This document shows positions 61,544-64,000 of a DNA stretch of 64,000 bases, piece after piece. The position numbers and the translations under genes are program-made. Positions within the stretch are counted from its first letter, which is position 1. The number at the start of each line of letters is the position of its first letter. The stretch comes from Patescibacteria group bacterium. Its GTDB lineage: Bacteria; Patescibacteriota; WWE3; UBA101185; UBA10185. Below the pieces are notes generated by a model. The model saw only the letters and a program-made list of their open reading frames with translations, made no database searches and was not told where the DNA came from. The DNA lies in assembly GCA_026004595.1 (NCBI GenBank), contig BPJL01000005.1, positions 11,263 through 75,262 of the forward strand. The letters are read 5' to 3'.

Positions 61544-63567
61544 AGGCCAACAGAAACCACAAAACAATAGCAGACATGAATATTCCTTGGTACAAATGAA
61601 TCGGCACGAATTTGAGTACAATCTCTGAACCGTATTTATGTACCTCAAAGTTTATGAACCCAAGGGTGTCTGTATCTATAAGGCCTTCCTTTAATTTACC
61701 ATCCACATACAACAACCAACCGGGGTAATAATTTATCTTTGTCTTTACCTTAATCGACTCGGATGCTTCTTTGACAATATGTACGTAGCCTTCTCTCATC
61801 TCTACGGGTACCTGACCATTTATTTCTACCATCTTACCGGGCAAGTCTACAAATACCCCATCTTCATCTACAAAACCACTTATTCCTAGATCTATCATTC
61901 TAGAATACGCCCTAATACGGCTACAACTATTAACAAACTCAGCACCCCTAGGACTCTTTAATCCTAGATACTCAATCTTTTTAATAGTATTAATTGGAAC
62001 GAGCTCTGAATATCCTATAATGCTCCAGAAGCTAGCTGTGAGAGAATTACTTGCATTTATTTCTGTTGTGAGATCCAAGACCCTGCCATTTATTTCTCCT
62101 TTTCTTAGATCATTAAAACCTAAGGTTTCTTTCAAAACAAAGAGACGGTCATTTGATATAATACCGAAAAATATAATGTCTGCCAGAATCAAAACTACAA
62201 GCAAGTAAATCTTTATCTTTGATTTAATCCCATTAAAAAGTAGAAGAAAAATAGAAGCAAGCGCAATCACACACCAGAAAATATTATATATACCAATATT
62301 CAGTAGTCTTTTTACTATAATTTTACATATCTCCAAAAATTCTTGTCTGGAACCAAAATAGTGCAATGTGCTAAATACAGCGAAAAATAGCAATGGATAT
62401 ACTAAGACTTTTAAAACAGCTTTTGCATCAATTTTCTTAGGATCTGCCAAGTAGCTTCCTACACCCAAGCTTATAGGAAGCAACAAAAGAAATGCCGCCC
62501 TCACCCAATATCTAAAAAAAGAAAAGGGTATAAGAGAGAAATTCCTTACAAACGCTGTTCTCCCCCAAACCATAAGAAAAACCGCTAATACAATAAGGGC
62601 AATGTGTGCCTTTCGTTTTCTTTCTTCAGCCAAGGGAAGAAATCCAATCAAATAGACTGCTAAAAACTGACACACCAATATAAACATACACCTCGTGCAT
62701 AAGGTAATCTTCGTTTATTGAAGTTCCCGAATAATCTCTATAGTCACCAAAAATGTATGGATAAATAGTTGAAAAAAGAGTTGGAGCTAAAACTGCCCCA
62801 GTCTGATACACCTCCTTGCCAAAACGTGAGCTGCTATTATATAAACCAACTTGAGACCAAAACCCGGGAGCAATAAGCACAGTAATGGCGCATAATATAA
62901 AAAACAACTTATAGAAAACATTTTGGCCATTTTTAAATAAATCTTCGGAAAGAAGATACCACACAAGAACAACGACCGTCATCAGTAAAACCTGGAAACT
63001 GCCAAAATAGAATAGGGTAGAGAAGAGAAATATAAACAAAATTGAGTATGTTACTTTTTTAGGTGAACCCTGGATATACTTTTTCAGCAGCAGAACCAAC
63101 AACGGTAGAGAATAGATAGCCAGTACCATGTTAAAATGCTGTTGGTGATACAAAACAAAAAAATTAAAAAAATAAATAGTATTTGCAGCTATATAAGGAA
63201 TCACAACCTGTTTATCCTTTCTTAAAAGAAGATATAAACCTAAAGATCCCGAGATATAAAATAAAAAATGCAGTATTTTATACGAATTTACTGGTCCGAA
63301 AAAATAAATGGATAATAAATTGATTGGATTTAGAATACCTCTTTCCATATCCGCGTAAATAGGAAATCCCATGAGCATTCTTTCCGTCCAAAAAGGTACG
63401 CGGCCTGATTTTATCTGTTCATATATATACTCTCTTGTTTGATAATGAAGCCTAACCGAGTCTTTACCAGAATATAACACGTAGCGGGGTGAGAGGTTTC
63501 GGTAGAAAAATATCAAGTGAAGTACAGTCGCAACAGATAAAACCAAGAAAATTTCTTTTCTACCCAT
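61506..63567 (-). CDS. YfhO-family polytopic membrane protein, interrupted by an apparent 1-nt insertion.
   Basis: N-terminal 'RVPFWTERMLMGFPIYADMERGILNPINLL' resembles the conserved YfhO loop. C-terminal 'YYPGWLLYVDGK'. The ORFs 62626-63567 and 61506-62687 join at the A5 run at 62663-62667. Confidence 0.6.
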
Positions 63568-63594
63568 ATGTTAATCATAGTACAATAAAGTCGT

Positions 63595-64000
63595 ATGAAT
63601 CGTAAAAAATTTACGCCAAGTATTCATCTTCAAAAAGACATACTTATTCAATCGGTACTTTTGGGTATATATATCGCCATTTTATTAACAGGTATGTATT
63701 CGCACGAAATGTGGAGAGATGAACTTCAGGCTTGGAGTATTGCAAGAGACAGCAACAATCTTAAAGACTTATACAACAACCTAAGGTATGAAGGCACCCC
63801 CGGCCTTTGGCACTTGACTCTTTTTATTCTGAGCAGGTTCACACGCAATCCAATTGTTATGCAAATAGCTCACGCTTTTATTGCAACGTTGTCTGTTGCT
63901 CTTATACTGTACAAAACTAAACTGCCCTTAGGCTTAAAATTTCTTTATTCGCTCGGGTACTTTTCTGTGTATGAGTATGGCGTGATATCAAGGAACTATG
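63595..64000 (+). CDS. Polytopic membrane protein, possibly another GT-C-type glycosyltransferase. The 3' end runs off the window.
   Basis: ATG at 63595. 'HEMWRDELQAWSIARDS' loop and TM helices. No stop before the window end. Confidence 0.35.
   Translation, partial: MNRKKFTPSIHLQKDILIQSVLLGIYIAILLTGMYSHEMWRDELQAWSIARDSNNLKDLYNNLRYEGTPGLWHLTLFILSRFTRNPIVMQIAHAFIATLSVALILYKTKLPLGLKFLYSLGYFSVYEYGVISRNY

Noticed and set aside
1-64000. Alternative genetic code (for example UGA=Gly, code 25) as the explanation for the split genes.
   Set aside because: Every split examined is a true frame change at a homopolymer, except ROK, which is split by TAA. TGA terminates several otherwise complete genes (ROK at 51837, GT at 53423). 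The standard code fits.
1-64000. CRISPR arrays, integrases, transposases, restriction-modification or toxin-antitoxin genes.
   Set aside because: There are no regularly spaced direct repeats. No ORF has recombinase, DDE, methylase Motif IV (DPPY/NPPY) or PIN/RelE-like signatures.

Overview
This is a 64 kb low-GC bacterial chromosomal segment. It has a compact gene layout with many overlapping stop/start junctions, 8 tRNA genes that all encode a 3' CCA, weak or absent Shine-Dalgarno sequences, and TGA used as an ordinary stop codon. The gene content suggests a small-genome anaerobic fermenter, possibly a Patescibacteria/CPR-like or Firmicute-like organism. That assignment is inference only.

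Identifiable modules, in order:
- a MacAB-like tripartite ABC efflux set
- a tRNA-rich stretch (3.4-8.6 kb) interleaved with small hypothetical genes
- an RNHCP-domain gene translationally coupled to a class A beta-lactamase-like serine hydrolase
- a copper-resistance operon: promoter and palindromic operator, then csoR, an HMA/DsbD_2-like/cupredoxin fusion protein, and copA
- an ArsR / thioredoxin-like / ArsP-like permease operon
- a minus-strand trio of an alpha/beta hydrolase, a divergent Mur-ligase-family protein and a stand-alone GGDEF protein
- an energy-metabolism island: ADP-forming acetyl-CoA synthetase fused to an FNR-like domain, 2-oxoacid:ferredoxin oxidoreductase gamma-alpha and beta subunits, a ferredoxin, NiFe hydrogenase large and small subunits, a maturation protease and hypC
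- cell-wall and surface genes: DUF333, an amidase, GT39/PMT-like glycosyltransferases, YfhO, and a VPETG sortase-signal protein
- GH1 and GH5-like glycosidases with a ROK kinase
- housekeeping genes: ppiB, an Elp3-like radical-SAM/GNAT enzyme, a HIT protein and pcm

The main caveat concerns sequence quality. From about 30.9 kb to the end of the window, at least 14 genes are split by single-base indels, almost all reconstructible as one extra base in a 3-8 nt homopolymer. One further gene is split by an in-frame TAA. The first ~30 kb has none of these. This looks like sequence or assembly error rather than mass pseudogenisation, and it affects every functional inference in the second half.

No CRISPR array, integrase, transposase or recognisable defence system was found. 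The most unusual biology is the ACD-FNR fusion, the HMA-DsbD_2-cupredoxin fusion, the duplicated RNHCP genes and the orphan GGDEF protein.
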